Assembly (NCBI GenBank): GCA_951406725.2
Contig: OX597830.1
Coordinates: 30,256,001 to 30,320,000, forward strand
Direction: 5' to 3'
DNA length: 64,000 nt
Source of the DNA: Octopus vulgaris
Lineage: Eukaryota
Shown: positions 13,095-27,028 of the stretch, one piece after another
Layout: each line of letters starts with the position of its first letter
Position numbering within the stretch: position 1 is the first letter of the stretch
Notes under the pieces: model-generated
The model's input: only the letters and a program-made list of their open reading frames with translations
What the model was told of the DNA's origin: nothing
Databases searched by the model: none
Program-made: the position numbers and the translations under genes

Positions 13095-13410
13095 TTTGTT
13101 TCGGTTTAGACCGCAGCTATACCCGGGCTTCATTTTGAAGAATGTTTTTATTCGAATGAATCGACTCCAGTACATATATTTTTATGCCTGGTACTCATTT
13201 TGTCGGTCATTTTGCCGAACCGCTAGGTTACAGCGACGTATACACACCAACGCCGGGTTTCATTCAGGTTACGTCTACCAACTCCACTCACAAAATTTTG
13301 GTTGGCTCGAGGCTACGGTAGAAGAAACTTACCAAAGTTGCCTCGGACTGGGGCTGAATCCAGAACCATGTGGTTGGGAGGCAAGCTTCTAACCACACAC
13401 CCACGCCTTC
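13095..13410 (-). mobile_element. SINE family A, diverged, internally deleted
   Basis: TTTTGCCGAACCGCTAGGTTAC and CGTCTACCAACTCCACTCACAA...GAACCATGTGGTTGGGAGGCAAGC motifs. Confidence 0.75.
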
Positions 13411-13654
13411 ATTTACTTTCATTGTATGTCATCAACTTTCACTTTCTGTGTTTAAATTCTTCATTTCTATCTCTTCCTCCTACCTTTCCCACTCTCTCGT
13501 TCACCTTCATTCGCCTCATTCAATTCCCCTTTCTTTAAACCTCTCAAAACCTTCTCCATCCTCATTAATTCACTGTATTTACCCTACCTTTCTCTTCATT
13601 CCTCTTTCTCTACATGTATTTATCTCTAGCTTTATCTCCCTTTCAAACTATCTC

Positions 13655-14055
<401 letters not shown>

Positions 14056-14639
14056 TTACCTATCTCCTATCTCCTCCTTTACTTCCATCTCCTCCTCCTT
14101 CTTTCCATTGTCCTACCTCTCCTTTTCCTATTTGTCCCTGTCTCCTTACCCCTCTCTCTATCTTCAAACACTTATTCCATTTCCCTCTTACATTCTTTGA
14201 GCTTCCTAAATATCACTTTCTTCTCTCCTTCCGGTCATTACACTCTCTCATTCTCTTTTTCCTTTTCTGCTTTTTTTTCTCTCTCTCAAACACTTTCAAT
14301 GTTTATGTCTGCTTTCTGTCACTTCGTTTTCTTTGGTATATAAAAGACATAAGTGTTTGTGCGCGTATTTGTACGTGTGTGTATGAATGCGTACACAGCG
14401 CCATCTTTAACATTTCATTCTGCTTCCTCCACCACCCCCGTCGTTCATGTTTTCTATATTCTTCATTATATTTTGTTCTCGCACTTCTTTATGCTTCATA
14501 ATCAGGCTTTAGAGAATATGCAAAATTACGGGGAAAATGGGAGAGGGGGAAATATTGGCGGGGATGGAATAGCATAAATTAATCTAACCAGCAAGAGACA
14601 CACACACCCACACCTACACTCACACACACACATACACAG

Positions 14640-14704
<65 letters not shown>

Positions 14705-14856
14705 TGTATGTATGTATGTATATATGTACATACACATACATATGTTTATGTATGTAAGTACATGCTAATATATATATATATATATATATATATACGTATA
14801 TATATGTATGTATGTATATATATATATATATGTATATATATATGTATGTATATATG

Positions 14857-14906
<50 letters not shown>

Positions 14907-15559
14907 CATACATATATATATGTGTGTGTGTGTGTATATATATATATGCATATATATACATACATACATACCGACACGAAAAGATGGAAACTATTTTATA
15001 TGCTTATGTGTTTGTATATGTGTATGTATACGTATGTATGTATAAAGAATTTAAAAAGCAGTAAAAAGAAAGAAGCCATTATGGAAGAGCGTGAATCCAT
15101 TTTCTTCCAGATGGCACACATCATGACTGGGATTAGCCAGACTAATATTCACTCCGGCACGGATGGCACAAAAGAAAATCCTCCAAGACAACGCAAGGGT
15201 TGAGCATAATTCAAATGCGCTAAAAACCATGATTTGACGACATTTTATTTGTTATATATGTATGTATGTGTGTGTGTGTGTGTGTGTGATTGAGTACGTG
15301 TGTGTGTGCGTGTATGCATGCATGTGTACGCACGTATGTAGGCGTATACGTACATACGTACATGCACGCAGATACACATATACACATATACATATAAATA
15401 GATAGATAGATAGATAGATAGATAGAAATACATTTACACAAACACAGACACAGTCACAGATACTTATATATGCGAGCACACACACACACACACATATATA
15501 TGTGTATATATATATATATACATATATATACATATATATGTGTATATATATATATATAC

Positions 15560-15594
<35 letters not shown>

Positions 15595-15597
15595 CAA

Positions 15598-15727
<130 letters not shown>

Positions 15728-16405
15728 TATAGATATATATACCAAATCTGCACATATATAGATGCATACACAGAGATACAGACACACACATGCACACACA
15801 TATGCATATATGTGTGGATATGTATATCTGTATACATAAATCCTTCTTCATTCAGATATATTTACCGCATAAGAATAATAATCATTGTCTCTCACTCGCA
15901 CCCACAATTAAGTCACGCATACACGTAATCAGATGCTCAGAGCTAACTCTATAGAACGCTCCTTCCATATGCTTTCAAATTCTATGTGTGCATTACGAGC
16001 GTGTATATGGCCTTGTGTACACATACATACACACACGCTCACATATATATGTAAATGAATTTATGTCATTGAACGTAGAGAGGTGAAAATAGTGAAGGGT
16101 TGAGGAAGGAAGAAAAACAATCAACAACAATTTCTTTTGTGAGTCACAAAGGTCCAAGACATCGGGGACAGTAGAAAGGTGAAATACATGGGGATAAATA
16201 TAATGAAAAAAAATATGGGATGTAAATAGCAATAAAGACAATATCCATCTGATCTTTTGAGTAAACAAAGAGAACACTTTAAATTTTGGGAAAACAAAAT
16301 GTATTAACCTTCTTTCTGTCGCCCACATTATGACAGAGCATCGAGCAAAAGCAGGTTTGTTTTGGTTACGCTGTGCCGCCAATCAGTCGTTCTTTTACCC
16401 AGCTC

Positions 16406-16739
16406 ATTGGTTCTCAAGCGGGGTCCACATAACATTTATTGAGGGTCACACAACGAAGTAGTAAATTGGGGACCCACATATTAAAGTTTCATCAACAAAA
16501 TTTTGATTTTAGATGTATCTATTGACGCATGCGTGTTTGTTGTGGTAAGTAGTTTGCAAGTAGGAAGTAAACCACATGGTTACGGGTTCAATCCCACTGC
16601 GTAGCAGCTTGGGCAAGTGTCTTCTACTATAGACTCGAGCCGACCAAAGCCTTGTCAGTGAATCTGGTCGACGAAAACAGAAACTAGCCTGTAGAATATT
16701 TACGTGTATGTATATTTGTGTGTGTATGAGTGTGTGTAT

Positions 16740-16770
<31 letters not shown>

Positions 16771-17198
16771 CATTCGTGTCTGCACCTTTGTATTTGTGTT
16801 TGTCTTCACCACCGCTTAAAACGGTGCTGGTCTGTTTACGTCCACATAACATTAGCGGTTCGGTAAAAGAGACCGATAGAATAAGTATCGGGCTTTAAAA
16901 ACTAAGTACCGTGGTCTATTCGTTCGGTTAAAATTCATTCGGATAAAATTCTTCAGGGTTTTTCCCCAGAATAGCCGCAGTGTAATGGCTGATACAAACG
17001 AAAGAGGAAGATTGCAAATGACAGCTAGATTTCTTTCTCTAGCGTTTTTCCAAACAACTTAATGTGTGAAAAGCAAAATAAGAATTTTGAAAGAAGTATC
17101 TATAAAACTAATCTTTAGATGTCAATTGTCTTTGGGGAACCACCAGCGTAGAAAAGAATTCAAAAGAATCCATAGAAAAAAAGTGATTGACAACCACA
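16406..17198. mobile_element. Possible hAT MITE split by a family A SINE
   Basis: CATTGGTTCTCAA...GGGGTCCAC at left and TTGACAACCACAG at right resemble Charlie-type TIRs; no TSD seen. Confidence 0.35.
16524..17010 (+). mobile_element. SINE family A, diverged
   Basis: GTGGTAAGTAG...GGGTTCAATCCCACTGCG...TTGGGCAAGTGTCTTCTACTATAG...internal (GT)n...GCGGTTCGGTAAAAGAGACCGATAGAATAAGTA. Confidence 0.85.
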
Positions 17199-17574
17199 GG
17201 CCTGGATGGTCCATATTGAAACCATGTTGTTAGTGATAACAAAATAAGTAATTTTTCTAATTCATGGCTGGTACCAACATTTCCAGATTTATTTTCGTTC
17301 GGCAAAATTCGTATTTCTCGATGATTTTGTCGCCAAACTTGTCATTAGAATTGTCCACATTACTGGTGTTACCTATAGCATTTTCGTTATTTTTAAATCA
17401 TTTTTTCAATTAACATTTTTTATGTTTTCGTATGTTCAACGAATTTTGTTTGAGGAGATGTAATTAATGCAACTTCATTTTCGTTGCTAGCTTTCATTGA
17501 CCTATTGCAGAGAGAGAGAGAGCTGTGTGAAAATTATTGTGGACACAACTCGCTTAGGGGTCAGTGTAAGTGAG

Positions 17575-17868
17575 AGGTATTAACATGCTATGCATTTTCG
17601 CTTGGTTGAAACGATTCTCATCAGCAGATGATATATCTTAGTATACAAATGCTTTATAGAAAAGTAAGGGATCTGGACCAGGTGTAATCGATTAAAAATT
17701 AAATGACAACAAAACGTGAACGACATTACTTTTAATAACTTACTCTTATTTCTGCCCTAAGTATGCATGTACCGAAATGTGAGTGCACGCTTACTTGGGA
17801 GGTGCATACTGTGCTTTAAGGCATTCATATATTTGGAAACGAGCGGGCACACACAAACGCGTGCGTAC

Positions 17869-17880
<12 letters not shown>
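17575..17880 (+). repeat. Local ~300-bp repeat, copy 1
   Basis: GAAACGATTCTCATCAGCAG...AATGACAACAAAAC...TATTTCTGCCCTAAGTATGCATGTACCGAAATGTGAGTGCAC is shared with 19730-20070 and, inverted, with 21905-22190. Confidence 0.75.
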
Positions 17881-17899
<19 letters not shown>

Positions 17900-18361
17900 C
17901 ATGTATGTATGTATGTGTGTATGTATGCATGCATACGTTGATGGATGGATGAATGGTCATTTTAATGGATGGATGAATGGAAAACTTCGTTGATAGAAAT
18001 TTGCGCAGGTTGGGCCTCTATAGACAAGAACAGACGCCCCAGATAAAGCCCTTTACTTAGTACCGTGGTCTATTCGTTCGGCTAAAATTCTTCAAGGCTG
18101 TTCCCCTGCATAGCCGCAGTGTAATGGCCGAGACAAAGGAAGGAGAAAAGGATTGCAAAGAGCAACTAGATTTCTTTCTCCAGCGTTTTTGGGAAAGAGA
18201 AAAGAAACGAAGGAAGGCCTAGACTGAGAGCCAATGATATTGAAAAAAGGAATACGAAGTGGAAAGGAACCGAGCATAATAAATGGAAAAACCAAAGCGA
18301 AGAACCAACCAGTATCGAGAAAGGTTATCAAATAATGCGAAAGCCAGACTAACTGCAGATA

Positions 18362-18785
18362 ATGTATGTAGGTATGTACGTATGTATGTAAGTATGTTGC
18401 ATGTATGTATGTATGTATTTGTATGTATGTATTTGTATGCATGTATGTATGTATGTATGTATGTATGCATGTATGTAATGTATTTGTATGTATGTATTTG
18501 TATGTATACATGTATATATGTATGTATTTGTATGTATGCATGTGTATATGTTTGTATTTGTATGTATGTATGTATTTGTATGCATGTATTCGTGCATGCA
18601 TGTGTATGTATATATGTCTGCATGTATGTAATGTATTTGTATGTATGTAAGTATTTGTATGTATGTAAGTATTTGTATGTATGCATGTATGTGTGTGAAT
18701 GTGTATATGTATGCATATATGCAAGTGTGTATGTACGTATATATGTATTTGTATGTATGCATATATTTGTATGTTTGTATGTACA
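18362..18785. repeat. Degenerate (TATG)n array
   Basis: Direct reading. Confidence 0.95.
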
Positions 18786-19171
18786 CTGGAGCACCGCCTT
18801 TAGTCGAACAAATCGATCCCAGGACTTTTTCTTTGTAAGCCTACTTCTTATTGCATTGGTCTTTTTTGCCAATCCGCTAAGTTACTGGGATGCAAACACA
18901 CCAACATCTGTTGTCAAGCGATGGAGGAGGGACAAACACAAACGCACAAATACATGTATACATACATAGGTACGAACATACATACATATATACATATAAA
19001 CACACACACGGCAGGCCTCTTTCTGTTTCCATCTACCAAATCCACTCACAAGGCTTTGGTTGATCCAAGGCTATATAGAAGACACATGCCCAAGATGCCA
19101 CGCAGTGGGATTGAACCCGGAACCATGTGGTTGGGAAGCAAGTTCCTTACCACACAGTTACTCTTGCGCCT
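18786..19171 (-). mobile_element. SINE family A, 3' end missing
   Basis: CTGGAGCACCGCCTTTAGTCG ... CTACCAAATCCACTCACAAGGC ... CTCTTGCGCC. Confidence 0.88.
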
Positions 19172-19172
19172 G

Positions 19173-19238
<66 letters not shown>

Positions 19239-19249
19239 ATATATAATAT

Positions 19250-19430
19250 ATATTATATAAAATCCGTTCTGTCTGTTTCAGTGTGTGTCTTCTAGGATCT
19301 CGGGCATCCTCCATCCGATTGCGCTCAAATTTGATATGTAGACACCGACGGTATCAGGGTGTGTATAAGTCTTGAAAAAATTACAAAAATCGATTCCAGG
19401 TGAGAATGCAATCGATAAAGCCGTTGTGTT
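19250..19430 (+). mobile_element. Possible Helitron-like non-autonomous 5' end (related start at ~41820-41900)
   Basis: TATATAAAATCCGTTCTGTCTG...CATCCGATTGCGCTCAAATTT versus TATATAAATCCTGTTGTGTCTG...CATCCGATCGCGCTGAAATTT at 41820-41890; class is inferred. Confidence 0.4.
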
Positions 19431-19729
19431 CTCGCAGTCAACAGCATTAACATTAATGGTAATTTAAACTTTTCGGTTGCATATTTGTGTGAATAAAATC
19501 GTTTTTCTTTGGAATAGAAAAAAGTCTATCCTTATTTCTTCTTTTGCTGGTGTCTCAAATTTAGGTTAAATCAGTGTTTCTCAAAGGGGAGACCTATGGG
19601 ACGGTCGGACAAGTTGTTTTGAGAAAATTTGGTTTAAATGTTTGACAACTCGGCACCGTCCATTGGACGGGGTGCGTTTTGCTCGTATATATATATATAC
19701 TGAGAGAAAGAGAGAGTGTCTGACAAGAA

Positions 19730-20070
19730 GACAGACAGACAAACGAACAGACAGTTGGTAAATTGGGATATATAATCGACGGATTAACCTGATATATACA
19801 TAATGATTTCGCTCAGCCGAAACGATTCTCATTAGCAGTTGATATAACTCAATATACAAATGTTTTATGCTAAAGAAAAAGATATGGACAAGGCATAATC
19901 ATTTAGAAAATGAATGACAACAAAACAGGAATGACATTACTTTCAATCACGTACAGCTATTTCTGCCATAAGTACGCATGTACCTAAATGTGAGTACACA
20001 CATACGAGGTAAATACGGACCTTTTTTCATTCATCTACATGCATAGACGCACACACACGAACACACACGC
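19730..20070 (+). repeat. Local ~300-bp repeat, copy 2
   Basis: See copy 1; GGTAAATTGGGATA...GATTAACCTGAT...AATGATTTCGCTCAGCCGAAACGATTCTCATT. Confidence 0.8.
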
Positions 20071-20081
20071 ACGCATATGTG

Positions 20082-20132
<51 letters not shown>

Positions 20133-20139
20133 ATGTCTC

Positions 20140-20400
20140 TCTATCCAATCACAATCGAGGGGGCACCTGTAAAAGACGTTAGTGAGTTTGTCTATCTTGG
20201 CAGCATGATCAGCAAATCAGAAGGATCAGACCAGGGCATCACGGCAAGAAGCCAGAAGGCTTGGCAAGCCTTCGTTATTCTTCGGTCGGTATGGAAGTCC
20301 ACTGCCATCTCAACACGAACTAAACTCCGCTTATTTAGTTCAAACGTAAAATCTGTGCTTTTGTATGGCTCTGAAACATGGAGAGCCACCCGCAGCAACT
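20140..20400 (+). mobile_element. RTE-clade LINE internal fragment (end of RT domain)
   Basis: ITIEGAPVKDVSEFVYLGSMIS...ITARSQKAWQAFVILRSVWKSTAISTRTKLRLFSSNVKSVLLYGSETW. Confidence 0.9.
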
Positions 20401-21159
20401 ACAAAAAGAAAACATAAAAACAAAAATATAGAAACGAACTTTTTTCGAACAACGAAAAAATAACAAACAAGCAGAGAAACGAGACATACAGCATAAAGAA
20501 TATTCCCTTCTTCAGTTGTCCCTGTTTCAACAACTCCGCGCCTCGAAGGCAAGGACAAGACGCGACTTCATTGGAATAGTCCTTCCTGCAATGCAAGTTA
20601 AATAAAATTTGGGATTTTTTGCGGAGGGTGAAAGTGGTAACAACAGGACAGTGAGAACAAAACAGTAAAAACAAACGGTGAGGGTTGTTAAGCCAAGACG
20701 ATACAAAAATTATTATGAAGTTATGTAGATAGGTAGGTAGGTAGGTAGGCAGGCAGGCAGGTAGGTAGGCAGGTATGCATGCATGTATGTGTGAATGTAT
20801 ATATCAGTGTTTGTATATATAGCAAAGTCCAAAAGTATAAAAAAATATTATACATTTATTAAAAAGCTTACGCGCATTTCAGATAGACTTAACAGTTCCA
20901 AAATTCTGTGATGCAATAATCATGCATATGGATTAATTCTATATTTCATCAACCACGATACTACGGAGAGAGAGAAATCTAACACCATTGTATCTTTATC
21001 AAAGCTATACCACACAAAACCTGCAATTTTGAGGTGGTGGGGACATTAGTACTTTCCAGAAAATTTTATATTTAACTTGCACATAACTTTATGGGCCCTG
21101 GAGATGACGCACAAATATGAACTTGGCAGGATTTAGACACACAGATGAGAAGAAATACG

Positions 21160-21585
21160 AAAGTCATGTCATGTCACTTTAGATCTTACCATAAGGTCTT
21201 CGAATTAATGCTGCTGAATACGTTGATGTGCTGAAGGGGATCGTTAAACCCTAGAATGGTGAAGGGTGAACTTCGCAGTGGGAGGCGCGTTTCCATAGGG
21301 CTCAGAACAGTCCTTCTGCGCCATGTATCCCAACAATGGACGCCAGATCATCTTTACGATTATATTAACACCAAACTTGCGAATCTCCAAACACACCAGA
21401 TTTAATTTCGCTGAGTTTTGTCGAAAGGGAGACTAATCTTCATCCTCACAATAACATATTTTCAATGAAAGCTGCGGACTGTGCAGGCGATGTCCGAAAT
21501 ATAAAAGATCATTTAGCACAGACATGTAAAAGATTTTGGTTTTGGATTAAAGCAGTCATCGCAACTGAAGGCGAATTCACAGAAG
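21160..21585 (+). mobile_element. Tc1/mariner maT (DD37D-like) transposase relic
   Basis: Manual translation: GLRINAAEYVDVLKGIVKP*, SQQWTPDHLYDYI, SPNTPDL, VERETNLHPHNNIFSMKAA, KDHLAQTCKRFWFWIKAVIATEGEFTE; many disruptions. Confidence 0.72.
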
Positions 21586-21775
21586 CTTCTGAAGCTTAAA
21601 GAAGCTGTTGAAACGTATTTCTAGCAGAAGTATTTTTGCTAAGTTAGAGTTATTTCTGAAATTACCAAATATGTCTTGAAATACCTTTCGCAACCTGCAT
21701 ATAAGGTATATACGTACACACACACACCCATCCATCTATCCATGCATGTATGCATCCATCCATCCATACATACGT

Positions 21776-21842
<67 letters not shown>

Positions 21843-21904
21843 CACAGACACATAAGTACAAGTATATATGTGTGTGTGTCTGTGTACAAATAATTGAACT
21901 GAAA

Positions 21905-22190
21905 CAGGATTTACCTCATAAGTAAGCGTGCACTCAGATTTAGGTGCATGCAAACTTATGGCAAAAAAAATTAAGTTATTAAAAGAAAAGTCGTCAGATT
22001 TTGTTGTCATTTATTTTGTAATTGACAACACCTAGCTTGCTTTTCTATAAAACATGAGTTATATCACCTGCAAATGAGAATCGTTTCAGCTGAGCGAAAT
22101 CATTGTATGCATCAGGTTAATCTCAATTATGTATCCCAATTTACCTACTGTCTGTCTATCTGTCAGTCAGTCTGTCTGTCTGTCTTTGTA
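21905..22190 (-). repeat. Local ~300-bp repeat, copy 3 (inverted)
   Basis: AATGAGAATCGTTTCAGCTGAGCGAAATCATT...ATCAGGTTAATC...TATCCCAATTTACC is the reverse complement of copy 2. Confidence 0.8.
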
Positions 22191-22349
22191 GAATACGTTG
22201 AATGTATGTATGTATGTATGTATGTATGTATGTATGTATCGATGAATGGATGACTTATGTATCTATCTATCTATGTATATAAGTATGTAGGTATGAATAT
22301 ATGTATGTATATATGTATCTGTCTATCTCTTTATATATCTATCTATCTA

Positions 22350-23040
22350 TGTCATTATTCAGTTTTATTTGGAGATTTCTTGCCAATAGAGAGAGAGAGA
22401 GCTGGTTTCTTACCTAGATCCAAGGCTCCTTCATTAAAACTTTAACATCAACAGAGTATTTTCGTATGGATGTATGTATGTATACGTGAATATTTGTATG
22501 TTTTTTTCATGATGTCTTCTCATGCATATATTTGCATATCTAGACATGCTCATATATACTTAAATGATACGTTTCTGAAAAGTTTTACAGATTTTTACAG
22601 TTCTAGTGATGAATTGGGTCTGTAGTCTTCAAATCAACTTTCTCCTTTCTGATTTTGAGAAACCTAATTTCTCAAGATTGGTATTTAGGTAGTGCGTTAA
22701 ATATCCCAGTGCCCCAATAATTACAAGAATAAACCTGGATACAGTAACTGCAGATTTCTCACTAGTTCAGCGTTGGCATTCTCTTTTCACTAGTCTTCAG
22801 CTTTATGTTAGCATCCGCTGGGCAGCTAATTTCCACAACTGTACACAGTTTCTCTTCTTTATCCGAAATCATTATATCAGATCTGTGTTAACATTTTATT
22901 TAGGTCTTCACTGGGACATTCCACCAGTACTCCTTTTTATTATGGGTGGCTATGGTTTCTACCATACTGTAGATTCTTATTTCTCTGTCCTCAAAGTTAT
23001 CCTTCCGACGAATTTCATTATATGTCCTAGACACATCATG
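22350..23040 (-). mobile_element. R4/Dong-like LINE 3' fragment (restriction-like endonuclease plus 3' UTR)
   Basis: Minus translation: RTYNEIRRKDN..EYWWNVPVKT..DIMISDKEEKLCTVVEISCPADANIKLK..IIGALGY..LEKLGFSK..TVKICKTFQK; 3' end runs into (AGAT)n. Confidence 0.82.
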
Positions 23041-23094
23041 TCTCATCGGTAGATAATACCGTAATGACATTTTCGGGCAACTGTTGTATGGAGC

Positions 23095-23450
23095 TCACAT
23101 TGGCGAAGAAGCAAGAAGGCTCCATCACAAGAAATTCATATTTCACCAGAACAATGCTCCTATTCATAAAACAAAAGCAACTTTGGATTTCCTCCATGCA
23201 ACTAGGGTTGAAAGTCATGCTATGGCCAGCAAGAAGTCTTGACCGTAATCCTACAGTGAACACCAGGGATATCTCATTAGTGTTGTGTACAGCGAAGGCA
23301 AGCAATATTCTTCTTTTGATGAACTTGAATAGGCCAGAAAGAAGTCTTGGAAGGGGCTTCCACTTGATCTGCTTCAGAAGTTGATTGGAGGCATGAAATG
23401 GCGTTTCTTTCAAGTATTTCTGAAAGGTGGTGGTCAAACGTACAATTGTT
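23095..23450 (+). mobile_element. Tc1/Tc3-like transposase C-terminal relic
   Basis: KKFIFHQNNAPIHK, WPARSLDRNPTVN (cf. WPA.SPDLNPIEN), VYSEGKQYSSFDEL, QKLIGGMKWRFFQV. Confidence 0.78.
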
Positions 23451-23653
23451 GATGTATTGCATGATAATATCATTGAAATATATCATAGTTTCCCTGTTTT
23501 GCATCATTTTTGCATCCTTATTCAACCTAGTGTTATAGTTTTAAACAAGGGTTTTCTAAGTGAATATTTTTTTGAATTATTATCGAATTTATTTTTGGAT
23601 TTCAATAAATTTGGATATTGCAATGCCTCCTTCTATTCCACTTCCTATCTAGA

Positions 23654-24257
23654 GGTGAGTTTCATGAAGTTGGGTAGTATAGCCCACCAGAAAAACAAAG
23701 CAAAACAAATAACAGACGATGCTTTGGTTTTATAGATTTGAATAATAGTTTATACACGATAGGCTTCTTTCAGTTTCCGTCTTACAAATCCACTCACAAG
23801 GATTTTGTCGGCCCTAGGCTATAGTAGAAGACACTTATCCAAAGTGACACACAATGAGACTGAACCATGAACCATGTGGTTGGGAACCAAACTTATTTAT
23901 TTATTTATTTATCTATTGATTCATTTATTTTTTCCGTCCTTCTTTCACCTCCATGGCTCTTTTCAAATACCAAGAATTTTACGGTCTACACCAGTTCGAT
24001 TAGCGCCTACACCTTCGTTACCCTCATCATGGTGACTTTCATGAAGTTGGGTAGTATAGCCCACCAGAAAAAAAAAACAGATGGTGCTTTGGTTTTATAG
24101 TTTTGAAGAATAGTTTATACACGACAAGCTTCTTTCAGTTTCCATCTTACAAATCCACTCACAAGGATTTGGTCGGCCCTAGGCTATAGTAGAAGACACT
24201 TGTTCAAGGTGACACGCAGTGGAACTGAACCTGGAACCATGTGATTGGGAACCAAAC

Positions 24258-24288
<31 letters not shown>

Positions 24289-24767
24289 TTCATTTATTTT
24301 TTCCCGCCCTTCTTTCAGCTCCATGGCTCTCTCCAAATACCAAGAATTTTACGGTCTACACCAGTTCGATTAGCGCCTACACCTTCGTTACCCTCATCAT
24401 GGTGACTTTCATGAAGTTGGGTAGTATAGCCCACCAAGAAAAAAAACAGATGGTGCTTTGGTTTTATAGTTTTGAAGAATAGTTTATACACGACAAGCTT
24501 CTTTCAGTTTCCATCTTACAAATCCACTCACAAGGATTTGGTCGGCCCTAGGCTATAGTAGAAGACACTTGTTCAAGGTGACACGCAGTGGGACTGAACC
24601 TGGAACAATGTTATTGGGAAGCAAACTTATTTATTTATTTATTTATCTATTTATTCATTTATTTTTTCCCGCCCTTCTTTCGGCTCCATGGCTCTCTTCA
24701 AATACCAAGAATTTTACGGTCTACACCAGTTCAATTAGCGCCTACACCTTCGTTACCCTCATAATGA
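23654..24767. repeat. Three tandem ~370-bp units, each containing a family A SINE 5' half
   Basis: GGTGA(G/C)TTTCATGAAGTTGGGTAGTATAGCCCACCA starts at 23654, 24031 and 24401. Confidence 0.95.
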
Positions 24768-25167
24768 CCTGACCCCAAAAAAACACAACTTGATTAAAGG
24801 ATATCTAATCTTCCTATTGTCGCTAGCCTCATTCATTCACTCATGCATTTTTCGTTCACCTCAAAGTTTGTACTTAAGCTTTATAAATCAACTAACGTGT
24901 ATTTCTATGTCGACTATTATGTAGCATCTATGAAAATATCTATACACAAACACACACACATACACACATAAACTGGCACACTCACACACGCTCATAAATA
25001 TATATATATGCGTACAAACAATAACGAAATTGTCAAAGTGCTAAATAGGTAAGCAAATACAAGTAAAACACATAGATATAAATGATTTATGTCTGTATGC
25101 ATTCCTATACGTAAACAGCGATATCTTAAACATCAATGCTCTTGATGGTCTCTGAGCGTGCGTGTGT

Positions 25168-25207
<40 letters not shown>

Positions 25208-25379
25208 GTGTAGTTTCATTGAATTTGTACTTCTTGGACGCAAAAAAACGTGGCTTTATGTTTATGGTTATGTATCAATTCCGCATATACACTCGCTTAT
25301 ATGAAACACAATTACACCTTCACACACACACATTCACATACACACACATACATAGACACACACACAAAGAGAAACATGC

Positions 25380-25415
<36 letters not shown>

Positions 25416-25592
25416 CTGCCAGCACCTATGCATACCTGTATGTATATAAATGTATATGTATATATGTGTGTATATATTTATACACATATATATATATATA
25501 AGTATATATGTATATGTATGTCTATATATATATATAATTATATATAGACATACATATACATATATACTTAGTTATAATTATATATGTATATG

Positions 25593-25638
<46 letters not shown>

Positions 25639-26374
25639 TAAGTATATATGTATATGTATATATATATGTATGTATATATGCTTATATGTAAATATAGACA
25701 TACTCGCGCAGACACACGTACACACATGTATAAGCATATATATGATATTTTGCTCATTCCTATACATATCTATACACATATATTTATATTCCTACATATT
25801 ACCCTATATACATACATATATACAGAGGTACATTCACAGGTATAAGTTTTTTTGTTTTTGTTTTTGTTTTCTGTATATTGTTTATATATATATTTTTTTC
25901 GTTAACTCACTCGTCCATTCACCAAGCAATCATTCTACCTGAAATTGTTGATTAGATTTATGTACAAGATAAATATGTTCAGTAGTTAAAGGTGAGTAAT
26001 GCTGGGTTACCAGCCCCCCCCCCCCACATCCCCTACCTCACACTTTTCCTCCAATTGTTCTCACAGAACCGATCTTGATGTCTCCCGAAGGCGATAAACT
26101 ATTCGGCGGTTTGAAGCGGGTCACATTCGTTGAATGTACTCATATTACACTCCAATGGTGTGTTCAAAATTGATTCAGCCCATGGACTATAAACCGCCCA
26201 TTAAACAACATGCTTTTCAGCGCAGAACACACGCATTCGCACACACGTGCGCGCACGCACACATTTACACGTACACACACACACAAACAGGCAAGTATGC
26301 GCGCACCCGTTTATATAAAATTGTATATTTCTCTTTTTCATTCTCTTTATGTACGTTTGTGATGTATGTATGTA

Positions 26375-26423
<49 letters not shown>

Positions 26424-26424
<1 letters not shown>

Positions 26425-26588
26425 CACTCTTTTACTTGTTTCAGTCCTATGACTGCGGCCAAGCTGGAGAACTCCAGGACTTAGTTTGTAAGCCTAGTAC
26501 TCCTTCTAACGGGTACTTTTGCCGAACCGCTTAGTTACGGGAACGTAAACACACCAACATTGGTTATCAGACAGACACAAATACATAC

Positions 26589-26648
<60 letters not shown>

Positions 26649-26780
26649 ACACACACACACATGATGGGCTTCTTTCAGTTTCCGTCTAGCAAATCCACTC
26701 ACAGGTGCCACGCAGTGGGACAGAACCCCGAACCATGTGGTTGGGAAACAAGCTTCTTTCCTCACAGTCACTCCTGCGCC
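26424..26780 (-). mobile_element. SINE family A with internal deletions
   Basis: CTCTTTTACTTGTTTCAGTC...TTTGCCGAACCGC...GGGCTTCTTTCAGTTTCCGTC...CTCCTGCGCC. Confidence 0.85.
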
Positions 26781-26908
26781 TATGAATATATACAAACATA
26801 CATACATACATACATACATACACACACAAACAAACACATATGATATATATATACATATACATATAGACATGTATATATATTTTTATATGGATGTATATAT
26901 TTGTGTGC

Positions 26909-27028
<120 letters not shown>

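Noticed and set aside
15100-15205. Possible internal exon after CCATTTTCTTCCAG
   Set aside because: Acceptor is plausible but the donor is weak and the peptide unrecognised.
23654-24767. CRISPR-like array
   Set aside because: Whole units are duplicated with no unique spacers; eukaryotic context.
25940-25997. Consensus splice donor AAG|GTGAGT
   Set aside because: Single motif expected by chance; no supporting exon.
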